Assembly: GCA_017499595.2 (NCBI GenBank) | Contig: CM039010.1 | Location: forward strand, 992,001 to 1,056,000 | Length of the DNA: 64,000 nucleotides | Direction of reading: 5' to 3' | DNA from: Psilocybe cubensis | Taxonomy: Eukaryota | Part shown: in pieces, positions 27,739 through 39,090 of the stretch | Position numbering within the stretch: position 1 is the first letter of the stretch | Layout of the letters: each line of letters begins with the position of its first letter | Made by a program: the position numbers and the translations under genes | The notes under the pieces: generated by a model | Database searches by the model: none | Seen by the model: the letters and a program-made list of their open reading frames with translations, nothing else | What the model was told of the DNA's origin: nothing

Positions 27739-29545
27739 TTATTTCGCTTTGAATAAGTAATGTCCAAGACCCCACCTTTAACATGTCAATGAAAATTGGT
27801 ACGAGATTAATGTAAGAATAGATTGCTCACTGTTCTCCTCCATCCATATTGAACAACTCAGAGCATGCCATAAAAAAGACACGGAACCTAATAAGCAGAA
27901 TACCGTGAGCTGGAGTAGCATCAAAAGGCAGGGAACGAAGAGGCCTTACCTATAAAATGACTTTTTCCCTTCAATAGCATTGTATCCTTTTTCGATTGCG
28001 TCCATCTGGAGTTCCTTCAATCCCTCTGTTTCAATATCGTTAGCCAAAAAGACATCGTCAGTCAAACAGAGATACATGGGAACCTACTTTTTCTATTCTT
28101 GTCCTGGTTCTGAAGCCAATGCTCCAGCGTTCTTGAGTGGTGTTTTCCGGATATGTACCAGCTTCGGATCAAAGTTAAATCCGATTGGAAATACACCTGT
28201 AGGTTACGATGAGGACCCACTGTGAAAGTCATTGGCTGAAAAGGACTCACAAATAGGTCATGCGAGGGCATAGTCCCGCCTTCAAACAATTCATAAGTTT
28301 ATCGGTCTTTGGCGATTATAACACCAAGCATACCTGAAAAGAAGTTCTTCGCCATCCAGCCATCATTTTCTACGAAATGGTACGGCATTGTTTTGTGGCA
28401 AATAATATGAACAAAAAGCAGGGATTCGTCTGCTTCGTTGGAGATTTCGGCTTTCTGAGATCTTGGACGAAGCCACGAGGAGATTTTCTTAAACAACATC
28501 TGATAATTTTTCATATGTTCAAGCATCTTTACACAGAGTCAGCGGTTGGAGAAGAAAAACATATCGTACTAAAGCATACCTCGACACTAATAATTCTGTC
28601 GAATCTAAACAGACGGCGTCAACGAGTCATATCGTCAATGAAGCTCATATAGTCAACAAACCTTATCGAACTATCAAAATCATGTGTGTTGACATCTGCT
28701 GTGATGATCTAGTCAGAGAAATGATGAGCAAAATGGGAATACTGTGGAAGGACAAAATGTGCACCGTAACGTTGGTTAAACCACGTTTTTTAGCTGCGCC
28801 GTCTATATATTGCTTTTGGGTCGCCGAGTTTGACAAGCCCGTGATACGTGAGTTAGGATATTTCTAGGGAGAGATGCAACAACGGTTAACACGCATAATT
28901 TTGCCTATGCAGCAAAGTACTAACCTCTGCCAAAAATAATGAGAGGCTTCCCCATCCTGAGAAATGGTTATCATAACTCGGTCTGAAGACGCCGTGAGGT
29001 CTGAGGGAACACGACGCACCACATCCTAAATCCAGGATGTCCTGTCCATCGCGCAAATAGGCCTTCGTACAGTAACTCTCCAGCATGAATTTCTCGGCTT
29101 CAGCAAGCGTCTCTCTTCCAGTGGGATACAAGCCCGCGGAATATTTTCCGTATGGCCCGAGGGTCGACAGCATGAATTCCGTAGAAACCTATAGAGGAGG
29201 AAAACAATGGTCAGTACAAAACCTAACGCAACCTTGCAACATTTCAAATACTCCTTACTTCGTAAAGTTGTTCGTTGGCCTTCTCGGGAACGTCTGCAAT
29301 GGTGTAGTGGTTTCGCAGACCTTCGATGAATTTCATCTTTTCTGTGTGGTTTGCTTCAAGAGACCCAGTGTTGATCTCGCGTAGACGTTGGCGTAAAAGC
29401 AGGCGTATCGCAATCCGAAGCGCCAAGTCTGGGACTAGCCCCTGGAGAATGAATAAAGTCAGTATCTTTCGTGTCATTGCTGAAGAGCGTCTCCAAAAAA
29501 TACCCTATCGAGCAGGTTGTATCCAACTTGGAGAACGGAGTCCAT
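27739..29545 (-). CDS. SAM-dependent methyltransferase, CMAS / coclaurine N-methyltransferase family, copy 2 (tandem paralog)
   Basis: Same motifs and same intron positions as 25236-27047. Confidence 0.9.
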
Positions 29546-30607
29546 TGTAGCGGTGTAGTGACGAAGGCAGGAGATTAGGACGGTAAATTGAATGGTTGGT
29601 TTGGACTAGTGGACGTTATATATAATTAGCGCCTTGTCCGGGGGTTGGGATTGTTGATTCCCATGTCATAACGAGAGTCCTCTAACGATCGATATCGTGT
29701 GTAGTGGTCAATATTTGATGATACACATTACATAGATAGCTTTTTTGCGTGTTACCAATGAGGTTCCGGTCATCGTAAGATATTCAGCTTCTTCTTCTTC
29801 TTCAACAGTCTGTTGCATTTGACCCATTTCCAGGGAACTGGATGCGAAGAATACATTCTGAAACAACGAAAGGAGTAGCCTGAGTTCATAGGCGTAGCAC
29901 TCACCTAATAAATTGAAACATACCTTGGCAGGAGTGTCTTGGGAGCGGCGACCTTCCTGACATTAAGGAGCAGTAAGGGTGTATGGCAGCGTTAGCCATT
30001 TATTGGATTTCGCGGCCGTAGTTGTGTTGACAGTTGGTGAGACTGGGTATATATGGGGAAAACCCATTTACAATGGAGTCAACTCGAACTTTTCAGTTGG
30101 GTTCAGCTAAACTTGCTCCACAAAAAGTTACTGACACTCAGGGCGGTCGGGTCCCGAAGGGTTGGCGGTCAGCAACTTTACTTGCAATTTCTTTTGGTCT
30201 TATTGATGTTCCGCACAAGATGGGTGAAGGAGGTGCGAAAGGGATGGAGGACCAGGATGTCCCGTTCGCAAAATGCCAAGGCTTGCAAGTCTATTTGCGC
30301 CTATTTGCACATAGGCTCGACTTTTCCATTCGCTTAAGCAAAGACGACAAGGATTAAACAAGGACTAAATTTCGTTCTTACTCCTCGAACGGTGTGAGAT
30401 ATACCCCCCAAGGACATACGTACGAGAAACGTAAGAGGAATATACACTCAAGTTTAAGACGCGCGCCTGACGTAAACCCGGGTAAGTAAGTTGCTTTCAT
30501 CATTGCCATTTACTAACGACGTACCAATGAAGCGTTCCTATCTCTTCGAAGGTCCCTATACTATATACCACACCTTTTGCGACCCTGAAACATTGGTTAG
30601 GTCCACC

Positions 30608-32125
30608 ATGGAAACTCCCCAAACTCCCACTTCCGACTTCAGTTCGCGTCGAAGGTTGAATCAAACACTGGTGGTAAACGAAGCTGTCGAATGCGAGAAC
30701 GACATAACGTCTCTTCAAAATGTCCTCATTGATTTAAAGTACAAGCGCATGGCTCTTAATACGAAGTTGAATTCTGTTCATGACCTGATGGCGGAACTCC
30801 CACTCGAAGTTACAACCGAGATATTCCAACTTGTCGTCGACAGCCAAGAAGAGTCCAACCTTCGCTCACTCCCTACCCAGTTCCTTCTCGGCAGAGTTTG
30901 CAAAGCATGGAGAGACACTGTGTGGAAGCATCCGTCCCTGTGGAAAGATATTCGAATACAAATCATTGCGGAAAAGTACCCAAAACAAGAAGAATTGCTT
31001 GGAGAATGGTTGAATCATTCCGGAACCCGTCCGATAACTGTCAGCATCGCTAGCAAGGACCGATGGCAGCCTCCTCAATCATTTGCTACTTTGCTGCTTG
31101 GGACAAGCCAACGCTGGACCGCCTTCACCTGTTGCTCGCCATTATCGTCAATTTCCGAAGGACTTGCAGCGGATCCGCCTCCCTCATTTCCGCTTCTATC
31201 AAGCATCAAAGTGTTTACTAATGGCCTCCCGCAAAATGAATCAATGAAGTATAATTTCAATGCCACACCTAAACTGCGGAATATCTTTTTATCACACCCT
31301 TACTTGTGTCAGATCTCATGCTCATATCGTTTTCTCACCGCTCTAACAATCTAAGGCCTTCCGGCATCATATGCGCTCAGCTTTATCAACTCGCTACAAA
31401 ACATCAGAAAACTTGTTATATGGCTTACAAAAGGATCTGCAAACCAGATTGCCTCCCAACATACCGGCTTGAAGATCTTACCTTCTCTTAACTCCCTTTG
31501 TCTCACCGGGGAAAACACTGCCGCCTCTGTCATCTTGGACAGAATCATCACGCCTGCATTGATGGACCTACGTCTTTGGATCTACTCAACCGGTAGCGCG
31601 AACCTGGACCACGCCTGGATCACTTCGCTCAATGATTTGCGCGAAAGGTCTGCCTTCAGCTTGTCCAATTTATCATTCAAAGGCGCCGGAATTGGGCAAG
31701 AGGGAATACTTGTGGATGCTGTAGGATCTTTTCCTACTCTGTCTTCTCTACACATTGAAGATCTCGGCAAAAATGGCAACTTCGTGCTCTCCGATTTGAC
31801 AATCGGCTGATTCGATCCTGAAGCTTTTCCAAGTTTCCTCCCTATTCTAGAGAGCTTTACCTTCAAAGGAAAGATCGACTTCAAGCCAACCAAATTGCTA
31901 ACGACACTGGAGAAACGCCTCGAGGCGTCGAAAACAAACGCATCTAGAAAGCCGCTTTGTGGGGTTAATGTCACCTACACCAACGCGCAATGGGCCCAGA
32001 CAGGGGAGAACGGGAATCCTAATCGTGTGTGGGCATTTCATCGCGGGATTGCTGATCTTGCAGCTCGGGGAGTGGATCTTGATGTTGTATGGGATGAAAA
32101 AAATTCAAATGCAAAGGCGCCGTAA
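30608..32125 (+). pseudogene. F-box-like gene with two in-frame premature stops
   Basis: ORFs 30491-31354, 31469-31810 and 31895-32125 share one frame, separated only by TAA 31352-31354 and TGA 31808-31810. F-box LPLEVTTEIF...LGRVCKAWR. Confidence 0.85.
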
Positions 32126-32837
32126 CGGTCTTACTTGGTTGCAAGCCTGTAAGCTCGCAAACGAGATCTGGCGAGGTGGCCAGGTATTCTTTTCTCTTTG
32201 GTTATTTAATCAATGCCAACATCTATTGTATTTTACCCGACATGCTCTCCGGAACTGTTCTTAACATCATATATTATAGGTCATTCACATTTTCTAACAC
32301 ATAGCACTCCTTGTCGGCACATAATCATGATTATTGTTTCCCCCTATACCAGCCTTCTTCCTACCCATTCTTACCCCTGTTCGCGACTTTCAAACTGCTC
32401 ATCCTGACCACGTGGTTTGTGGCGACGCGTTCACACGTACGCGTCGCGATTAAATATCCCACGCTCATAAGTCTTGGCAACTTATTTCCAGGGCACTGTA
32501 TCCTACCGTCTATTTTCAACCTCATTAACGTTCTTCGTACTTAAGCAGGACTGGTACTGTAAGATAACGCTGTCGTACTTCAGAGGTGTGTTTGTGTCTC
32601 TAATATCCCTTCATTGGCAGCTTATACGGACATTTGTAAAGGTCTCGCCAAACGTCAAAGGGAGGCAGTCACCCAACGGAGGTTTCACGTCAATTTGGAG
32701 CGGGAGAAGGGGTTAAAGCTGAATCAGATGTACGTTCACTTTTTCTTGTATCTCAAACATAACTTTGAGTTTTGGTACGCGTTATTTCAGATTCACATTC
32801 CGTCCTCATCCTAGAACAAACCTCCTAGTCACCCACA

Positions 32838-34409
32838 ATGTCCTCTTCCTCGGATTCCAGTTCCGGCTCAGACTCTAGTACTCTCAGCATTACAACCCGC
32901 TCACAGCGCAACCCCGCACGCACCGCCGTAAAACGTCAAATTGCCCTATGCAACCTCCACATCTCTGATCTACACTTTGCGCTCAAAGAAGCCCGTGCCA
33001 AACGCACAGAGCTCAATGCCGCCCTCAATGCGACTACACCCTTTCTCGCCAAGCTCTCGCTCGAGGTTATCTGCGAGATTTTCCAACACGTCGTCGACGC
33101 GCGTGATCCGCGCGATTTTGCGTGCACTCCTCCACAATTTGTGATAGGCCGAGTGTGTAGCGCGTGGCGCACCATCTCCCGCTCGTCCCCTACGCTCTGG
33201 CGCACAGTTGTCATCCGCTTTGACAACCGACGGACTCGGCAGCCAAAGCTGTTGGAGGAGTGGCTAAAGCGTGCGGGTCAGGCAGGACCCCTGCGGTTCT
33301 ACCTCTCGATTGCAACACCAAAGGGCGTATGGAACACCGCACCGCTAGAGTGCTCGACCATGGTCCTAAAGCTGATGCATCGATGGGAGGTGTTTGAGTG
33401 CACCGAGTTCCTTGCGATGGCATGGCACTCGCCGGGGCCAATGTCGTTTCCCCGGCTGAAGGCCCTCTCGCTGCGCTATGAGCCGTTCGACTACAATTAC
33501 TTGCTCGCGCCCCAGTTGCGCAGCGTGACGGTGTATGGGTCGCAGCCGCAACGCCTCCGCTTGTGCTGGGACCAACTAGAAACCGTCAAACTGCACAGTG
33601 TGCATGTCCGTGAGGCGCGGTGGGTGGTACGGCAGATGGTGCAGGCACGGGAGGTGCTGCTTGATGTGCACTGCGAGGGCCCGCTTCCGCCGTCCATTGT
33701 GCTTGACCCGGCAGGGGCGCAAAAGAGGCTCCCCCATCTCCTGACACTTGAGATCAGAGACGACGCAGGCAGGTCCTTGTCCGGGATTCTGCTGGACATT
33801 GTGGTGCCAGCGCTGCAGACACTAACCATAGTCACCCGTGGTCAAAACCAGGCAGGAGGCACGGAGTGGTGCGCGGACCTCGTGGATATGTACCGCCGGT
33901 CCATTACAACTGGAGAGTCCATGTTGACAACATTAACACTAAAACAGTGCGCACTACGAGAGATTGAAGTTATTCAGCTTCTGCACTGCTTACCCTCACT
34001 CACATCTCTTGACTTGCACCATGCCATCTCAGGCGGCGGCATGTCCGACGATCTGATTGACCAGCTCAACCCCAGTAATGACCACCCGGGTGTATGTATC
34101 CTTCCCTTCCTCCGCCGCCTCAATTACAGTGGCCCTGTGAAGTTTGACGCAGACAATGCACTTTTCATGCTCAGCGAGAGGCTGACGTGGGGGGACAATC
34201 GCGCCAAATACAAAGCATTGTTCAATAAAGAGGCACCAGTGGTGCAGAAAATCGAGGAGATGCGGGTCGAGTATCAAAATAGAGAATATTTTAGGGAGGG
34301 CGAGTTTTCAAATCCAAATGGTGTGGGCGCATTTTACGAGCGGAAGGTGGAGTTGAAGACCAAAGGGGTGAACTTTGATATGGTGTGGGTGGAAAGCACT
34401 CGGACGTGA
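32838..34409 (+). CDS. Intronless F-box-like / LRR protein (Agaricomycete expanded family)
   Basis: 523-aa ORF with a coiled coil, LSLEVICEIF...IGRVCSAWR...PTLW, LEEWLKRAG and LxxLxL repeats. Confidence 0.9.
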   Translation: MSSSSDSSSGSDSSTLSITTRSQRNPARTAVKRQIALCNLHISDLHFALKEARAKRTELNAALNATTPFLAKLSLEVICEIFQHVVDARDPRDFACTPPQFVIGRVCSAWRTISRSSPTLWRTVVIRFDNRRTRQPKLLEEWLKRAGQAGPLRFYLSIATPKGVWNTAPLECSTMVLKLMHRWEVFECTEFLAMAWHSPGPMSFPRLKALSLRYEPFDYNYLLAPQLRSVTVYGSQPQRLRLCWDQLETVKLHSVHVREARWVVRQMVQAREVLLDVHCEGPLPPSIVLDPAGAQKRLPHLLTLEIRDDAGRSLSGILLDIVVPALQTLTIVTRGQNQAGGTEWCADLVDMYRRSITTGESMLTTLTLKQCALREIEVIQLLHCLPSLTSLDLHHAISGGGMSDDLIDQLNPSNDHPGVCILPFLRRLNYSGPVKFDADNALFMLSERLTWGDNRAKYKALFNKEAPVVQKIEEMRVEYQNREYFREGEFSNPNGVGAFYERKVELKTKGVNFDMVWVESTRT

Positions 34410-34826
34410 GTGAATGGTTTGTGTATATTTTCCTGCTGTGCTGTTGTATATCCTATGCATTGGGAATATGTATTTCGATTTTAATAGAGTAGAATTTACT
34501 AATTTGAACCCAGGAATGTTAGGCAAGATATTCAAGATAAAGCGAGGTGCGAAAGCACATACATAGTCTGGTAGAGAAGCGCATTTTTGGAAAATTGGAA
34601 TCTTTTTCAAGTCACGCAAAGTTCAAGGACAGCCACAAATAAACAAAACCAAAGAACCAATTTTTTGGTCTCTTCGACTCTCTTGCCATCTCTTGTTTGA
34701 GTCGTAGTACGAGGACATCTTTTGGCTCATTCCTAACGCGTTCACTTAGCAAGGTGCGCTCTTTGATATATGTAGGTCAGAACTGGCTTGATTTTAAGGC
34801 ATATTTTTCTTTACAGTAGGGATCCA

Positions 34827-36548
34827 ATGGATAACAACCTTGAACTCGTCTTCAAAGATGCGAGCACTATAGAAGACATCATTATGCGGAACCAGGGCCA
34901 GCTCGCTGCTGCAAAAGAGGCTACTAGACTCTGCCGGGAGAAACACTACCGACTCAGTTACCATCTCAATAAAGCCAGATCAGTTCTATCATCTCTCCCC
35001 AATGAAGTTATATCACAGATATTCCTGTTTATGTGTGCACCAGAGACCTCGGTGTGGGAATTTTTGTGTTTTCCACCAACTCAGTTCTTGATAGGAAGTG
35101 TTTGTAAAGAATGGCGACAAATTGCGTGGTCCACGCCGCATCTATGGGACAATATTGAAATCCAGTTAGTCCGAAAATCTTGCGAAACCCAGATAGAACT
35201 CCTCGAGGAATGGATTGAACGAAGTGGGAACCTGCCATTGGACATTCACATATACTCGCATGGACTTTTTGAAGCACCGTGGGAAGCACCGCCAGAGGCG
35301 TTTACCAAAATTGCGGAGGTCTATGCTCGTTGGAGAAGCTATCACGGACACGCTGTTCCAGGGCTTGCCGCTGAGTTGAAGCGTATCAATGCAACTTGCT
35401 TCCCAATGTTGGAGACTTTGAGTCTATCGGAACCAATCCATGCCCCACCTGTAAACAATCCTCCGGACACGACATACCAGTGGAACTTCTTATCGGCGCC
35501 TGCTCTACACAATGTTTTAATTGAAGGACCGTTAAAAGGGGTTGATATAGCCATCAATTGGGGGTCCCTAACGTGTCTGACCGCAGATTTTGTCTTGCGA
35601 CAGTCACCGCACAATTCAAAGAAGCAGGGATATGTTTCATTCCATGTGCTGACTTCTTGTACATTGTTGACCAAACTCGAACTCAATCTCAAGGACTCCA
35701 GGGTCTCATCAACGCAGCAGCCTCATCCTTGTCGCTTTCCTCATCTAAAAATACTAAAGATTGAAGGATCGGCGGATATTGTCGAGTATGTTCTAGAATG
35801 GCTCACAACACCTAGTTTGAATGAACTCCAAATTCGTTTGGAAAGCATCGACATAACTAGTGAGTGGGAGGCCTCTCTGATAGACTTAACCACCCGGTCG
35901 TCTTGCAAAATCAGGTCATTGTCCGTTATTCACTCGCACAAACATCCTGAAAGCGATGATGAATTTGTGGATATGCTTCGCATACTTTCGCGCGATCATC
36001 CAATCGACTCACTGGAGATTCGCTCTTATGGTTTCACAATGTCAGACAATATGGTCCTGCTCCTCACGATGCAGCGCGATAGTGAAGAACAACAGGACCA
36101 CCTTCCATTGCTGAAGAATTTCACCTACGCAGGAGACATCTCATTTTCACTAAGGAAATACGCAGACATGATAAACTCCAGGTTGATTTACGAGGCACAG
36201 AAAAGCAAGGAGAATAAAATACACAGAAGACGCGGAACGAAAAAGGAACCAGGTGACGAATACGCAGAGCCAGATAAAGAGGATGAAAATAGCGATGGAG
36301 CGGACCAATTGGACAACTCGTCTGCATCAACCTCCAACTTGAACCCGCTTAATTTCAGTGTCTCTTACGAGAACCTTTCTTGGTTCGGGAAACAACGCCC
36401 ATGCATATTACAATCCTTTTACAAGGAGCTGGAACGGGCTTCGACAAGGGGGAAGAAATTTGACTTCAAGTATGGACAGTGTTGGGGAGAGAATTGCGAT
36501 GATATCTCCAGTGAGAAAGTATATAGTTCATGGCATATGGACTATTAA
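34827..36548 (+). CDS. Intronless F-box-like protein, paralog of 51201-52967
   Basis: LPNEVISQIF...IGSVCKEWRQIAWSTPHLW and LLEEWIERSGNLPL. Confidence 0.9.
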   Translation: MDNNLELVFKDASTIEDIIMRNQGQLAAAKEATRLCREKHYRLSYHLNKARSVLSSLPNEVISQIFLFMCAPETSVWEFLCFPPTQFLIGSVCKEWRQIAWSTPHLWDNIEIQLVRKSCETQIELLEEWIERSGNLPLDIHIYSHGLFEAPWEAPPEAFTKIAEVYARWRSYHGHAVPGLAAELKRINATCFPMLETLSLSEPIHAPPVNNPPDTTYQWNFLSAPALHNVLIEGPLKGVDIAINWGSLTCLTADFVLRQSPHNSKKQGYVSFHVLTSCTLLTKLELNLKDSRVSSTQQPHPCRFPHLKILKIEGSADIVEYVLEWLTTPSLNELQIRLESIDITSEWEASLIDLTTRSSCKIRSLSVIHSHKHPESDDEFVDMLRILSRDHPIDSLEIRSYGFTMSDNMVLLLTMQRDSEEQQDHLPLLKNFTYAGDISFSLRKYADMINSRLIYEAQKSKENKIHRRRGTKKEPGDEYAEPDKEDENSDGADQLDNSSASTSNLNPLNFSVSYENLSWFGKQRPCILQSFYKELERASTRGKKFDFKYGQCWGENCDDISSEKVYSSWHMDY

Positions 36549-36699
36549 TGCAGTGTACTTCCATGCCATTTCTTGAACATATAATTATTTGGACGTTGTT
36601 AAATACCTCATATAGTGCTACAGCGAGCTTATGATAAACAGATTTGTAGTCGTCGACCATGAATCGAGTGATATATGAGCAAAATATAATTCAATTTCA

Positions 36700-39090
36700 T
36701 TTACAGCAAAATATACAAGCTACAATAACGCTACTACGACTGACCTTACCTCAAGTGTGAACGCATGAAGAAAGAATGCGAAGACACGAACAAGTCAGTA
36801 TGAAGAGAATGAGGGTGCTCTTGGCCAGATTCAATCCACCCAAAGGTAAGATCGAATCTGTGAAGCCCATACGCCACGTCAAGGCGGCACCCCATCGTAT
36901 GGGAAAAAAAGTGTACCCGACGATTGTCGAGTACGTGTGAAAGACTTTACTACCCGATAGCGGAGTAGTAGGGCCAGCAGGACGCTGTGAGGCGTCTGCT
37001 GGCTATCGTGAAGAAATGAAAGAGCAGAAAAAAATGAGAAAGGAATCCCACCGAGAGGTGGGCTTTGTCGCCCCGGCAGATGGTGCGCGGGTACGACAGT
37101 GCGCGTCAATTGAGCGAGACGCGGTGGTGACTTACCTCGAAATTGTTTGTCGACGAGTCCTCCGCCTACCCTCGGAGACTCGACGGCGGATGGCAGGGTT
37201 GCGATTGAGGTTGTTGGAGTGGGTAGGGTAGTGGACTGCGATCGAGACGTTTATCGTTGGCATAGAAGTAGAGCACGCACCCTGAAAAAAGAATCAGCAT
37301 CAAACTCGACCGAAACAAGATAGAAAAGCACGTACATATGTTTTATGTTTTTTCTTAGTTTTTAAACATATTTTATTTCCTACACAAAGCAAGCGATAGT
37401 GAGCAATCAATGGCGCGAATGAGTAAACGATCAAAACTTACATTTATTTTACAGGACCGGCAGGGTGTCTTTGGTTTGCCCTGCCGGCCACAACCCCCTT
37501 CCCGCCCACCGACGGCATTATATCGTCGGATGGGCTCCGTCGGAATAGGGTTCATCGTTGACCCCCATGCCGACGGTGTCCCCGGGTGATTGACTTTGGG
37601 GTACATTACCGCGCGTGTGCAACCGTGTTGTGGCTACACTGTGGGCACCGGTAGGGAGCTCGTTTATTAGACCGAGCAACGTCCTGCAAACAATTCAAAC
37701 GTAAGTATGTGCGCGACGAGTGAGGACAATCGACTCACTTCTGTTTTATAGGACCGGCGGGGGTCTTGCTTCGTGCCCGCCGGCCACTACCCCCTTCCCG
37801 CCCACCGACGGCATGATATCGTCGGATGGGCTCCGTCGGGATAGGGTTCATCGTTGACCCCCCATGCCGACGGTGTCCCCGGGTGATTGACTTTGGGGTA
37901 CATTACCGCGCGTGTGCAACCGTGTTGTGGCTACACTGTGGGCACCGGTAGGGAGCTCGTTTATTAGACCGAGCAACGTCCTATATAGACAATTCAAATA
38001 TAAGTATGTGCGCGACGAGTGAGGATAATCGACTTACTTCTGTTTTATAGGACCGGCGGGGTGTCTTTGGTTGTCCCCGCCGGCCACGACCCCCTTCCCG
38101 CCCACCGACGGCATGATATCGTCGGATGGGCTCCGTCAGGACAGGGTTCATCGTTGACCCCCATCCCGACGGTGTCCCCGGGTGATTGACTTTGGGGTAC
38201 GTTACCGCGCATGTGCAACCGGTAGGGAGCTCGTTGGTTAGATCGAGCGACGTCCTATGAAGACAATTAAACCGTAAGTATATGTGCGAAAGGTGGGATA
38301 CTGGATAGAGGAAGACTTACTGTACACGGCCGGCGGGGGTCTTGCTTCGTCCCCGCCGGCTGTGGTCCCCTCATCCCACTCACCCACCGACGGCGCCATA
38401 TCGTCGTATGGGCTCCATCGGGACAGGGCTCATCGCTGAACCCTATACCGACGGTGGGTCCCCGGGTGTTCGGGGATGTTGCCGCACATATGTAACCATG
38501 TTGTGGTTACATATGTGGGCTCTACTCGTTTATTAGACCGAGCGACATCCTGTAGTAGAGAAGTCAAATGTAAGTATGTGTGTGTGGAAAGTGGGGGAAT
38601 GCGATACTCACTATTTTTTTTCACTGCATGTGCAGTTATAACCTGCGCGGTGAAGAGCGAGTTAGTCTAGGTAATCGAGAGAGCGGGAAGGTGCTTACCT
38701 TTATTCTAATGAAAGCAAGCGGGTGTCCTGATATATCGTGCAACAGCCGTGCTCGCTGGTGGGTACCTGTACACGATAGTGGTAAGCAAGCGGTCGGACG
38801 ATAAGATGAAAAGAATACTCGCCTGTAAATATCACACAAAGCTGTAATCTGCATGCCAGTGCCCGCGTAAGTTGCTGCGCATGGAGACACAGAGACGACG
38901 ACGGCCTACCTAGTTTCAATCGACAGCGAGCGGCGTGGTAGTTGAGTAGTAGTCGTCTTGTAACGATTAAATCGACGGACTGGCTATGGAGCCAGCCCGT
39001 GATGCAGTCGCTACCTCATCGTCCTACTGCCCGGGGTTGACCAGGCAGGAGGAGGAAGAGTGGGGGGCATTTCGTTGAGGGAAAAAATCG
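36700..39090 (-). ncRNA. Candidate spliced, structured long non-coding RNA, copy L (4 hairpin modules); ends approximate
   Basis: Mirror of the 48585-50650 unit. TATAAA on the minus strand at 39107-39112, conserved splice signals, no long ORF. Confidence 0.55.

Noticed and set aside
30475-30488. 14-mer AACCCGGGTAAGTA shared with 1436-1449
   Set aside because: A few shared 14-mers are expected by chance in 64 kb, and flanking similarity is not convincing.
37450-38620. Modules as hammerhead or hairpin ribozyme (retrozyme-like) repeats; GTACATTACC resembles the hairpin ribozyme loop B strand
   Set aside because: I found no CTGANGA/GAAA hammerhead core and no AGAAACA partner strand. The GTACATTAC motif lies on the strand opposite to the one supported by splice sites and G-U pairs.
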